DNA of 59,375 bases from a virus. Made by a program: the position numbers and the translations under genes. The notes below the pieces were generated by a model. The model worked only from the letters and a program-made list of their open reading frames with translations, was not told where the DNA came from and ran no database searches. Shown piece after piece: positions 34,122 through 40,997 of this stretch (position 1 is the stretch's first letter; every line of letters begins with the position of its first letter). The stretch lies in the IMG/VR virus record IMGVR_UViG_3300029848_000008. The stretch is one strand, 5' to 3'.

Positions 34122-34383
34122 GCCCACTTTGGTGACGCTATTTCTCTATATTTCTTTATTTTTTTTCCACGCATAAATAAAGAAAAAAAGTGGGCAAAGT
34201 GGGCAGAGACCCACAAACCCTTATACATCAACGGTTTGCGGCTGCCCACTTTTGAAATAAAAGTGGGCGAAAACCCACTTTTTTTGGGCTTTTTTCGTCC
34301 GAAGCCGTTTTGGCCGGCTCTCAAATTTGCCCAAAACCCACAAAAAGTGGGCGCGCGGCCACTTTTCCAATACCAAAGTGGGC
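34122..34383. repeat. Iteron-like array of AAGTGGGC/GCCCACTT 8-mers around an AT-rich core (putative replication origin or operator array)
   Basis: Forward copies at 34188, 34197, 34261, 34345, 34376. Reverse copies at 34122, 34244 and (7/8) 34273. GTGGG-N5/6-CCCAC pairs. AT-rich stretch 34141..34190. Confidence 0.6.
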
Positions 34384-34445
34384 AGAAAAAGAAGAGGGAC
34401 TGACCAATGTCAGCCCTCCCTTTTCTACCGAAAATCCGTCTCTTT

Positions 34446-34679
34446 TCAGTCCAGATGTTCCACGGTTTCCTCCGTCAGATTCACCGCATTCTCCGTCAAT
34501 TCCGGGAGCGCCTCCGGGGTGGTGGAGCCGCAGAGCTTCTTCAGGCCGAACACCGCGCCGCCGATTCCAGCGCCGATGCCCAGGCCGATGACTGTCCTGC
34601 GGAACCATTTTTTCTCCTTCAGATTTTCCCATTTTTCCTTGATGGTGGTCTTGGTTTCCTTCATTTCATTGGTTTCCAT
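34446..34679 (-). CDS. Small single-TM protein
   Basis: 77 aa. AAGGAGGA RBS. TM segment TVIGLGIGAGIGGAVFGL. Confidence 0.6.
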   Translation of the reverse strand: METNEMKETKTTIKEKWENLKEKKWFRRTVIGLGIGAGIGGAVFGLKKLCGSTTPEALPELTENAVNLTEETVEHLD

Positions 34680-34717
34680 GATGAATATCCTCCTTCAAAA
34701 TGTGATCCTTTTTCGGA

Positions 34718-34745
34718 TTCATAATAGCGAGTGTTTTTTACGCGG
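34718..34745 (-). promoter_or_regulatory. Early-region motif copy 2
   Basis: Minus strand reads CCGCGTAAAAAACACTCGCTATTATGAA. Overlaps the stop of 34738..35217. Confidence 0.5.
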
Positions 34746-35217
34746 AAAAGTGGGCGTCGTCCCACAGCTGCAAAAGGTGCCTGGACAGGCCCTCTGTCAC
34801 ATGCAGAAGATCCGCTGCTTCTTCCAGCGACTTGCCCTCCTCGCAGAACAGCCGGTGCATAGCAGAGATCAGCTCGGCGCGCTCCTCATCCGGCAGGGCC
34901 TCGAAGCCCCGGGCCGTCAGCTGTACGCCGGACTGAGCCCACGCTTCCTTCAGGGCCAGCACCCGTTCCCTGGCTTCCTTCATGGTGATGCCCTGAGCCT
35001 TGTGGCTGTCGTAGTACAGGCGTACCGCATCATATAGAAGATCGTGGGCGGCCAGATACTTGACACTTGGTCGCTCCACGCAGTAGGCCACGCCTGGCAG
35101 GCCCAGTGCGAAAGCACGTACCGCCGCGTCATCCTTCAGGCGCATGCCAAGGGCCAGCGCCACCTTGCGCACCTCCCGGCTATCCATCAGGGAACCATTG
35201 CGAAGACTGAAATACAT
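34738..35217 (-). CDS. Hypothetical protein with a C-terminal HTH-like segment
   Basis: 159 aa. KSLEEAADLLHVTEGLSRHLLQ. Its 3' end carries another GTGGGCGTCGTCCCAC iteron pair (34750..34765). Confidence 0.5.
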   Translation of the reverse strand: MYFSLRNGSLMDSREVRKVALALGMRLKDDAAVRAFALGLPGVAYCVERPSVKYLAAHDLLYDAVRLYYDSHKAQGITMKEARERVLALKEAWAQSGVQLTARGFEALPDEERAELISAMHRLFCEEGKSLEEAADLLHVTEGLSRHLLQLWDDAHFSA

Positions 35218-35264
35218 GGGAATTCCTCCTTTTTACTGAGCTACAGATAGAATATCAATGAGGT

Positions 35265-35711
35265 TTAGTGCAGATAGTGCTCCTTTTTATAGCGGCAAGT
35301 GACCACCTTGCCGATGCGAGCGTTCCGAATCAGCCGTGCACACATGTCACAGGGAACAGGCCGTGGAATGATCTTTCCATTTTCCCAGCCCGCCAGATAT
35401 AAGGTTGCGCCGATCATGTCCGCCGGGTCAGCATTCAGAATAGCGTTCGCCTCCGCGTGGACGGCCTGACACAGCTCGTACCGCTCGCCGTGAGGAATGT
35501 TCTGCTCCTCTCGAAGACACAGGCCAACGTCCGTACAATTCTGCTCGCCCCTGGCTGAGCCATTATAGCCGGTAGAGATGATGTGGTCATCCTTCACAAT
35601 GACCGCACCGTATTTTCGCCGAAGACAGGTGCTGCGCATGGCTACAGCCAGAGCAATGTTGAAATAGTATTCCTCCTTGGAGGGGCGCTCCTGTGGCTTT
35701 GGGGTACTCAT
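35265..35711 (-). CDS. dCMP deaminase (ComEB-type)
   Basis: HAEANAI and PCDMCARLI zinc motifs, plus TGYNG. ATG at 35711 behind a GAGGTG RBS. Confidence 0.85.
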   Translation of the reverse strand: MSTPKPQERPSKEEYYFNIALAVAMRSTCLRRKYGAVIVKDDHIISTGYNGSARGEQNCTDVGLCLREEQNIPHGERYELCQAVHAEANAILNADPADMIGATLYLAGWENGKIIPRPVPCDMCARLIRNARIGKVVTCRYKKEHYLH

Positions 35712-35716
35712 GATTA

Positions 35717-35884
35717 TCACCTCATTTGAAGAATATCAAAGACATAGCGAACAGCCAGCAGGCTCCAGTACAGCCATACAGCCTTTTCCAGTCCGCCTCC
35801 GGTCTGCTTGAACCGCCTGCGGGCCAGCAGGGCGATCACAACCGTAATAACGAAGAGGATGACTGTCAGCATATTCCGCTCCAT
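35717..35884 (-). CDS. Small 2-TM membrane protein (below the ORF-track size cutoff)
   Basis: Hand translation: MERNMLTVILFVITVVIALLARRRFKQTGGGLEKAVWLYWSLLAVRYVFDILQMR. TGATG coupling with the upstream ORF. Confidence 0.5.
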   Translation of the reverse strand: MERNMLTVILFVITVVIALLARRRFKQTGGGLEKAVWLYWSLLAVRYVFDILQMR

Positions 35885-36135
35885 CAGTCGCCCGCCTTTC
35901 CTGGTCCCTTATAGGAAACCCGTGCAGTATTCAAAGCTGTACTAATATCCTGCATTCGCACCGGCCCTGAATTTTGAAAGCGCTCTTTTCCGTCATTTTC
36001 GTTCAGTCCGGGGGAAGAATCCGCAGGCCCCAGCTTTTGACGATAGAACCAGAGCGCCATAGCCATGCTGGCATCTCGCTTCAGGTTACGACGTTTTTTC
36101 AGAATATGGCCCCGGTAAAAGGTGTAGCCGAACAT
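35884..36135 (-). CDS. Hypothetical basic protein
   Basis: 83-aa ORF tightly packed between its neighbours. Confidence 0.45.
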   Translation of the reverse strand: MFGYTFYRGHILKKRRNLKRDASMAMALWFYRQKLGPADSSPGLNENDGKERFQNSGPVRMQDISTALNTARVSYKGPGKAGD

Positions 36136-36136
36136 A

Positions 36137-36295
36137 CTAATCTCTCGCTTTCTCGTAAGTTATAGGCTTCACCGAGCCGTCGTTCATTGGGGTGGACAGG
36201 CATTCGTCGCAGGGATCGTCCGCCTGATCGACATCCTTGTACTTACAGGTGCAGCAATACAGATCATACCGCACTTCCTTATCATGGGTTTCCAT
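36137..36295 (-). CDS. Small Cys-rich (zinc-ribbon-like) protein (below the ORF-track size cutoff)
   Basis: Hand translation: METHDKEVRYDLYCCTCKYKDVDQADDPCDECLSTPMNDGSVKPITYEKARD. Confidence 0.45.
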   Translation of the reverse strand: METHDKEVRYDLYCCTCKYKDVDQADDPCDECLSTPMNDGSVKPITYEKARD

Positions 36296-36357
36296 TCTGG
36301 TTCACCTCACTTTTCCACTTCTTTCCAGGAAATGTCTGATCGTCAAATGCATACTTT

Positions 36358-36558
36358 TTAGATATTTTCGTTCTCCGTGACGAGTTCAAGTTCATCCTCC
36401 GCATATACACCAAACAAAGCATTGTTGAACTCAACACAATACAGGCCTGGAGTTAAAAACCCAGACCCATATCTGCGAATATCAGTTACAGTTCCAATCT
36501 GCTGATAATTATACCGATCAGGATTAGCCACTAATACCTTGTCGCCAATACTAATCAT
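36358..36558 (-). CDS. Hypothetical small protein
   Basis: 66-aa AT-rich ORF. ATGA overlap with the upstream gene. Confidence 0.5.
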   Translation of the reverse strand: MISIGDKVLVANPDRYNYQQIGTVTDIRRYGSGFLTPGLYCVEFNNALFGVYAEDELELVTENENI

Positions 36559-37241
36559 GCTTTCTCCTTTTCAATAATTAGCTCCGAATAAGGCAAACTC
36601 TCAATCCAGTCGCAGAAGGTATGCCACTCATCCAGCTTGTGATTGCGGCGGGCGGGATAGATGTTGGCCAGCACCTCGTAATTGAGCATCAGCGTCCGGC
36701 GCTGGTTGTAGCTGCTGGGCAGGAGCTGGATCATCTGCCACCAATCGTTCTTTGAACTGGCAAACGAGCCTTCATTAAACCATTGCCGGTGGACGTTCAT
36801 GGTATGGATCACATCTTCCAGTACGCTAATGGCGTCGGGTTCCAGATGCTCGTGGCTGAAGTCCTCCAGCGTGAACTCTTTTTCCGCAATTTTGTGCATG
36901 GTGCTGCACGAGTTCGCCACCGTGCCCACCTTGTAGGTGTCGTACTCCTTCCACCAATATAGGGGCGCAGTCACGTCCAGATAGACGGTAATCATCCGCA
37001 TGAACTTCCGATGGTCGGTGCCGGCGCTGGCGAGGGTTTCCGCCAGATGCAGGTCGTTTTCGCCCAGAACATAGCTCGGATTCCAGCAGCCGGAGGTGCA
37101 TTCATGGCAAAAAAAAGTCCCCTCCTGCTCCGAATGGCATCCGAGGCCGCTGTCGCTCTTCGCCCAGCTGTTCTTTGGGTTCCGCATACCGCGGATGGCG
37201 GGCTCCCAGCCATGAATTTCGACATTTTCAATTTTCAGCAT
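36555..37241 (-). CDS. Divergent ThyX-fold protein lacking the canonical RHR / SxRY motifs
   Basis: AGTDHRKFMRMITVYLDVTAPLYWWKEYDTYKVGTVANSCSTMH aligns by eye with ThyX HGHxxxxEH...APxxxxRQxxRHRxxSxxxxSxRY, but the catalytic residues are replaced. Cys-rich insert CHSEQEGTFFCHECTSGC. Confidence 0.45.
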   Translation of the reverse strand: MLKIENVEIHGWEPAIRGMRNPKNSWAKSDSGLGCHSEQEGTFFCHECTSGCWNPSYVLGENDLHLAETLASAGTDHRKFMRMITVYLDVTAPLYWWKEYDTYKVGTVANSCSTMHKIAEKEFTLEDFSHEHLEPDAISVLEDVIHTMNVHRQWFNEGSFASSKNDWWQMIQLLPSSYNQRRTLMLNYEVLANIYPARRNHKLDEWHTFCDWIESLPYSELIIEKEKA

Positions 37242-37316
37242 CCTACAAACCCTCCTAAAATAGAAAAAGTATTCATAATCTTCTTTTCAAACTCGAAGCG
37301 CTCATTATTGGTCATT

Positions 37317-37583
37317 TCATTTCACGTCAACTATCACAGCCCTTTTTAGACGGCCAGGTTCCATATCAAGCACCGTTACCTCCAGAATATAAGTGGCAAC
37401 AGGAATGGGATAACCCACGTTGACTCCACGATCATAATAGTAGATCCATTTTTCAGGATGCTCCTTACCGTACTGAATGAGCTGCTTATAACAGTCATCG
37501 AAGTTAGTACCATCGATAAAGAAGCCATCATGTTTTTCGCCGAAATCGTACAAGTCTTTGCGGGGGCAAACCTTATTCAGCAT
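37317..37583 (-). CDS. Hypothetical protein
   Basis: 88-aa ORF. Confidence 0.5.
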   Translation of the reverse strand: MLNKVCPRKDLYDFGEKHDGFFIDGTNFDDCYKQLIQYGKEHPEKWIYYYDRGVNVGYPIPVATYILEVTVLDMEPGRLKRAVIVDVK

Positions 37584-37782
37584 GATGCATTTTTTCCTTT
37601 CTGATGTGCGTGCTGTCCTTTCTCCGCTTGTCTATCTGCACGCTCAGCCATTCGTCGCAGTCATTGCAAATATCCACGGTTTGAAATGTGAAGGCGATAG
37701 GGGTCTGCTGAATGCGTAGCTGAAGGGCTTCGCCCTCAGGACACTGCTTTCCACACAGGTCACAGATTTTAATGGTGGCCAT
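37573..37782 (-). CDS. Small zinc-ribbon protein
   Basis: Start at MATIKICDLCGK...CNDCDEW behind a GGGAGGG RBS. Confidence 0.5.
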   Translation of the reverse strand: MATIKICDLCGKQCPEGEALQLRIQQTPIAFTFQTVDICNDCDEWLSVQIDKRRKDSTHIRKEKMHHAE

Positions 37783-37895
37783 CGTCCGTACCCTCCCTTT
37801 CCCGCTGGCAGGCAATCTGTACCTCCCGATCAGCCCATTCAGACATACCGCTCATGTTGTTTCTCTCCTTTTTTCGTTTTTTTTTTTTCAGAATA

Positions 37896-38198
37896 TCAAT
37901 ATTCCCCGGGAAACAGTAGGGTGGTGCTGCTCCCGTAAGCTTCCGTTACGATCCACAGGCAGTCCTCGCCTCCCCAGTGGATGCCATCTGGAAAATTGTA
38001 GCTGGCTATGATGCGCTCATCACCGCTTTGCAGGGCCTGATCGTTCATCTTCCGGTCCTCCTGGCTGATCTCGCCCCAGTCATTGCTGAAATATCTCATC
38101 AGAGAGCTGGCGCAGAAGAGATTGAATGACCTGTTCCCGCGTTGCAGCTCCTCCACTGCAGCGGACGCCAGCAAGGGCCCCATTTGTTTCTGTGTCAT
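37896..38198 (-). CDS. Conserved phage/plasmid small protein, unknown function
   Basis: GGAGGA RBS. C-terminal LWIVTEAYGSSTTLLFPGEY motif. Confidence 0.55.
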   Translation of the reverse strand: MTQKQMGPLLASAAVEELQRGNRSFNLFCASSLMRYFSNDWGEISQEDRKMNDQALQSGDERIIASYNFPDGIHWGGEDCLWIVTEAYGSSTTLLFPGEY

Positions 38199-38355
38199 TT
38201 GACTTATCCTCCAATATCAAGCGTTCAATGGTCTTCCAGCGCCGTCCGCATTCGTGACAGACCCGGTACCGGCGGATGTTACCGTCGGCGTCCTCCCGGC
38301 TTTCGGTTACATAGGTGCGAGCCCCACAGTCGGGGCATTCCCGTAAGGACATCAT
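38080..38355 (-). CDS. NrdR-like zinc-ribbon protein without an ATP-cone
   Basis: MSLRECPDCGARTYVTESREDADGNIRRYRVCHECGRRWKTIER matches the NrdR N-terminal pattern CPxCG...V.DSR...RRRReCxxCGxRFTTxE. Its tail overlaps the next gene by 119 nt. Confidence 0.45.
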   Translation of the reverse strand: MMSLRECPDCGARTYVTESREDADGNIRRYRVCHECGRRWKTIERLILEDKSNDTETNGALAGVRCSGGAATREQVIQSLLRQLSDEIFQQ

Positions 38356-38375
38356 GTTTTCCTCCTATTTTTGGC

Positions 38376-38424
38376 CAATGAAAAAGAGCCCTCGATTTTT
38401 TTCGAGAGCTCCTTGCGTATTTTA
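38376..38424. repeat. ~49-nt direct repeat copy 1 (contains a terminator hairpin)
   Basis: caatgaaaaagagccctcgattttttt cgagagctcctt.. matches 38928..38975 with 2 mismatches and 1 indel. Confidence 0.9.
38380..38411 (-). terminator. Rho-independent terminator after gene 38467..38895
   Basis: Minus strand reads GAGCTCTCGA-A7-TCGAGGGCTC followed by TTTTT. Confidence 0.7.
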
Positions 38425-38466
38425 GGGATGCGCCAATGTTTTCATTCTGCTTCTTTTTACAGCCGG

Positions 38467-38895
38467 TCAATAACCCGGGTTACGTTGCTGCTGAAGGTTC
38501 AGCCGTTGGAGAACCTCGCAAACAATATCATCGCTGCGCCCATATACGGAAAGAGCATTATTAACCATGTGCTTCGCCATGTCTTTGACAATCGCTTCTT
38601 CCCCGGCCTTTCGCGCGGCTTCCACCATCTCACGGGCTTTTTTCTCCAGAATTTCGTCGGAAACAGGCTCTTCCAGAATTACATGGATCTTTTCATACAG
38701 CCTTTTCAGGATTTCTTCCTTAATGAAACGCTCAATCTCCGGCTCTCTTCGGCCTCCCCAGGAGTCCTCCCAACGATTCAGGTCTTTCCAGACCTCCCGC
38801 GCTTTTCTTTGGAGTTCTTCTTCGGAAATGGTCGCGGCAAACAATTTTGCCATTTCCTGGCCAAAGATTTTATTCATTTCGGCGTTGAGTTCCAT
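38467..38895 (-). CDS. Hypothetical helical protein, flanked by the 49-nt repeats
   Basis: Start at MELNAEMNKIF behind a GGGAGG RBS. Confidence 0.55.
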   Translation of the reverse strand: MELNAEMNKIFGQEMAKLFAATISEEELQRKAREVWKDLNRWEDSWGGRREPEIERFIKEEILKRLYEKIHVILEEPVSDEILEKKAREMVEAARKAGEEAIVKDMAKHMVNNALSVYGRSDDIVCEVLQRLNLQQQRNPGY

Positions 38896-38927
38896 CGTTT
38901 TTGCCTCCCGTTTCTTATTCATGCTCC

Positions 38928-38975
38928 CAATGAAAAAGAGCCCTCGATTTTTTCGAGAGCTCCTTCAGTATTTTA
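38928..38975. repeat. ~49-nt direct repeat copy 2 (contains a terminator hairpin)
   Basis: See 38376..38424. Confidence 0.9.
38932..38962 (-). terminator. Rho-independent terminator after hepT
   Basis: Same hairpin and T-run as 38380..38411. Confidence 0.7.
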
Positions 38976-38979
38976 ATGA

Positions 38980-39315
38980 TTACAGAAATTTTTCGCACCT
39001 TTTCTTCAGGTCCGGCACTTCCTCGGTCAGAGTTACCCAAATGCTGCTCAGGCTTAGGCTGCCGTAGCTGTGGGCGCAGATGTTTCGCAGGCCGCGAATC
39101 TGCTTCCAGGGAATATCCGCAGTTTCGGCCAGTGCTTCCGGACTCAGCTTGCCCGCCAGCTCACCAATCTGCAAGAGGCACATGCAACAGGCGTTCTGAT
39201 AGACCTGATTTGTCAGAAAGACGGCTTCATCGTCCCCAAACACATCAATGGCCTGTCGGACCTGATCGCAGTATTCCACGATGTGGGAGAATATCATCTG
39301 ATCTCTATTGTTCAT
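38980..39315 (-). CDS. hepT: HepT-type HEPN toxin (DUF86)
   Basis: RGLRNICAHSY (R-x4-H-x-Y). 111 aa. Overlaps the upstream MNT gene by 11 nt. Confidence 0.8.
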   Translation of the reverse strand: MNNRDQMIFSHIVEYCDQVRQAIDVFGDDEAVFLTNQVYQNACCMCLLQIGELAGKLSPEALAETADIPWKQIRGLRNICAHSYGSLSLSSIWVTLTEEVPDLKKRCEKFL

Positions 39316-39598
39316 ACAGAATTACCTCGTCCTTTCGGATGCCGTCCAGAAAGCGCTGGTCACTGCTGTCATTGGTGACCACGTCCACCGGCGTTTTAAG
39401 GGCTTCCTCAATGTCCTGCTGGAAGGCGATGAGCTGAAGCAGGCTCCGCAGGCTGCCCTTGTCGATGCACAGGTCCACGTCGCTGCGCTCGGTGGCCTCG
39501 CCCCGTCCGTAGGAGCCGAAGACCGTCACCCGGCGCACGCCGTGCTTCCGCGCCACGGGGGCCACAATGGTTTTCAGTTCGGGAATGGTGTAAAGCAT
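39305..39598 (-). CDS. mntA: MntA-type minimal nucleotidyltransferase antitoxin
   Basis: VFGSYGRGEATERSDVDLCI (G-S-x-x-R-G...S-D-x-D-L). Confidence 0.8.
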   Translation of the reverse strand: MLYTIPELKTIVAPVARKHGVRRVTVFGSYGRGEATERSDVDLCIDKGSLRSLLQLIAFQQDIEEALKTPVDVVTNDSSDQRFLDGIRKDEVILYEQ

Positions 39599-39633
39599 AG
39601 GCCTTCCTCCTTCTGGTTCACGGCTTTAGTATA

Positions 39634-40095
39634 TCAGAAATCCTCCGAGGGGGCAACATATTCCGCGGCTATATATCCCTTAGCCGTCCGTACCCAGCCA
39701 TCCAGCGTACCCAAAATCTCCACCTCCGCGCCGGGCTTCAGCCATCCCACCCGTTTGCCATCAGGCGTTTCCCGAAGGGCCACCCGTCCGTCAGCGTCGA
39801 TCACACCCTGCTGGGGCTCATCCGTGGGAGGGGTCAGGCTTAGGTAGTCCAGGCAGCACCACAGGCTGTCCCCGGCCCAGACATTGGCCCAGCCGCCGTC
39901 AATGGCCAGCACCTCCACGCTGTCGCCATAGGCCAGAATGGTTTCTACCCTCGCCTTCCGGTTGGGCTCCCACCGGCAGTTCAGGCCGCTGGGGGCGGTG
40001 CAGTAGTAGGTTTCCGCATAAGCGGGGATGGCAGTCAGGCAGACCAGCAGAGAAAATATCCATAGAATGATTCGAATGCTTTTACTCGTTTTCAT
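39634..40095 (-). CDS. Secreted protein with two SH3b-like domains
   Basis: Signal peptide IILWIFSLLVCLTAIPAYA. Two W/G-rich SH3b-like halves (...GGWANVW..., ...LDGWVRTAKGYIAAEYV). Confidence 0.65.
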   Translation of the reverse strand: MKTSKSIRIILWIFSLLVCLTAIPAYAETYYCTAPSGLNCRWEPNRKARVETILAYGDSVEVLAIDGGWANVWAGDSLWCCLDYLSLTPPTDEPQQGVIDADGRVALRETPDGKRVGWLKPGAEVEILGTLDGWVRTAKGYIAAEYVAPSEDF

Positions 40096-40130
40096 ACTTC
40101 ACGGGGCTCCTTTTGCACTTTTTTCGTAAA

Positions 40131-40160
40131 CGAAAAGAGCTACTGTTTTTCAGCAGCTCT
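40131..40160 (-). terminator. Rho-independent terminator after 40172..40399
   Basis: Minus strand reads AGAGCTGCTG-aaaaa-CAGTAGCTCT followed by TTTT. Confidence 0.6.
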
Positions 40161-40171
40161 TCGTCACGGAT

Positions 40172-40399
40172 TCATCTGAAATTCATCGCCGAGTAATACG
40201 AGTAGGTAATACTGGGGTGTCGTTCTTCCGCGGGCATTTCCTCTTCCATTCGGATGGCGTGATGGGGATGTTCGGCTGCATAGTCCCGCATGTGAATATC
40301 AAAGATTTGTTTCACACTGCGGCCTCCTACAGCCAGAAATCCCATCGCCAACAGAATCAGGCAGAGACGCGCCAGAAGCTTTTCCCGTTTTTCCGTCAT
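40172..40399 (-). CDS. Small single-TM protein
   Basis: 75 aa. TM segment LCLILLAMGFLAVGG. Confidence 0.55.
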   Translation of the reverse strand: MTEKREKLLARLCLILLAMGFLAVGGRSVKQIFDIHMRDYAAEHPHHAIRMEEEMPAEERHPSITYSYYSAMNFR

Positions 40400-40404
40400 G
40401 TTTG

Positions 40405-40764
40405 TCAGCCCTTTCTTTTTTCAGGTTTCTCCGAAAAAGGGGCTGCTGATTTCGCGGACGCGATACGGATGAAATATCCCGTGGGTCCGGTGGGGGAAAC
40501 CACGTACTCCGCCCGTACAACCTGCCGTGCCAAAATGAAGCGGTTCAGGCACCGGGCCGCGATAGGCTTCCCCTTGGGCAGACCATCCAGCTCAATCACC
40601 AGCGTATCAGGGTCAGTGATTTCCAGAAGGAAGCACGCTTTTTTCTCCCGGATGGGAAGCTGCTTCAGCAGCTCGCCAAGAGACAGAAACGCAGGCATGG
40701 AGAAGACCCAGCGGGCGTCTCCGTTAGCATATTTTTCCGCCAGATGGGCTCTGAGCATGGTCAT
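40405..40764 (-). CDS. Hypothetical protein
   Basis: Start at MTMLRAHL with an ATGA overlap onto the upstream stop. Confidence 0.5.
   Translation of the reverse strand: MTMLRAHLAEKYANGDARWVFSMPAFLSLGELLKQLPIREKKACFLLEITDPDTLVIELDGLPKGKPIAARCLNRFILARQVVRAEYVVSPTGPTGYFIRIASAKSAAPFSEKPEKRKG
40430..40457 (-). promoter_or_regulatory. Early-region motif, degenerate copy
   Basis: Minus strand reads CCGCGAAATCAGCAGCCCCTTTTTCGGA. Shares CAGCCCCTTT with copy 1. Lies inside the 3' end of 40405..40764. Confidence 0.3.
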
Positions 40765-40997
40765 CCCTTCTTTCCCAATTTCTGCCGCCGCCATTTTTTG
40801 CGGGAATACTGCAGGATGAGTGGGCTTGTCATCCAGCCGTCCCGGGCCGCCTGGGCCCGCCGGTAACGCTCCTGCTTTTCCGCCTCCCGATACTGCCACC
40901 CGGCACATCCAGTCCGGCAGCTGAGACTTCGTTCCCTGCAGCCCTGACAGGTTTGGAAGGAGATAGGCAGCTCATCCGTTGAGATGGTCCGGCTCAT
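40761..40997 (-). CDS. Small Cys-rich basic protein
   Basis: Start at MSRTIS with an ATGA overlap onto the helicase stop. CQGCRERSLSCRTGCAGW. Confidence 0.5.
   Translation of the reverse strand: MSRTISTDELPISFQTCQGCRERSLSCRTGCAGWQYREAEKQERYRRAQAARDGWMTSPLILQYSRKKWRRQKLGKKG

Noticed and set aside
34122-34383. CRISPR array
   Set aside because: The repeats are only 8-9 nt, occur in both orientations and are irregularly spaced. No cas genes are present. The pattern fits iterons or operators instead.
33818-35037. Track ORFs 33818..34324(-), 34321..34632(-), 34310..34591(+) and 34327..35037(+) spanning the iteron region
   Set aside because: They run through the repeat array and the AT-rich block, have no RBS, and overlap better-supported short genes (33853..34065, 34446..34679, 34738..35217).
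37770-37853. 28-codon ORF (MSGMSEWADREVQIACQRE...) behind an AAGGAGAG RBS and a long A-run
   Set aside because: It may be a leader peptide. However, it overlaps the start of 37573..37782 out of frame and has no other support. I did not call it as a gene.
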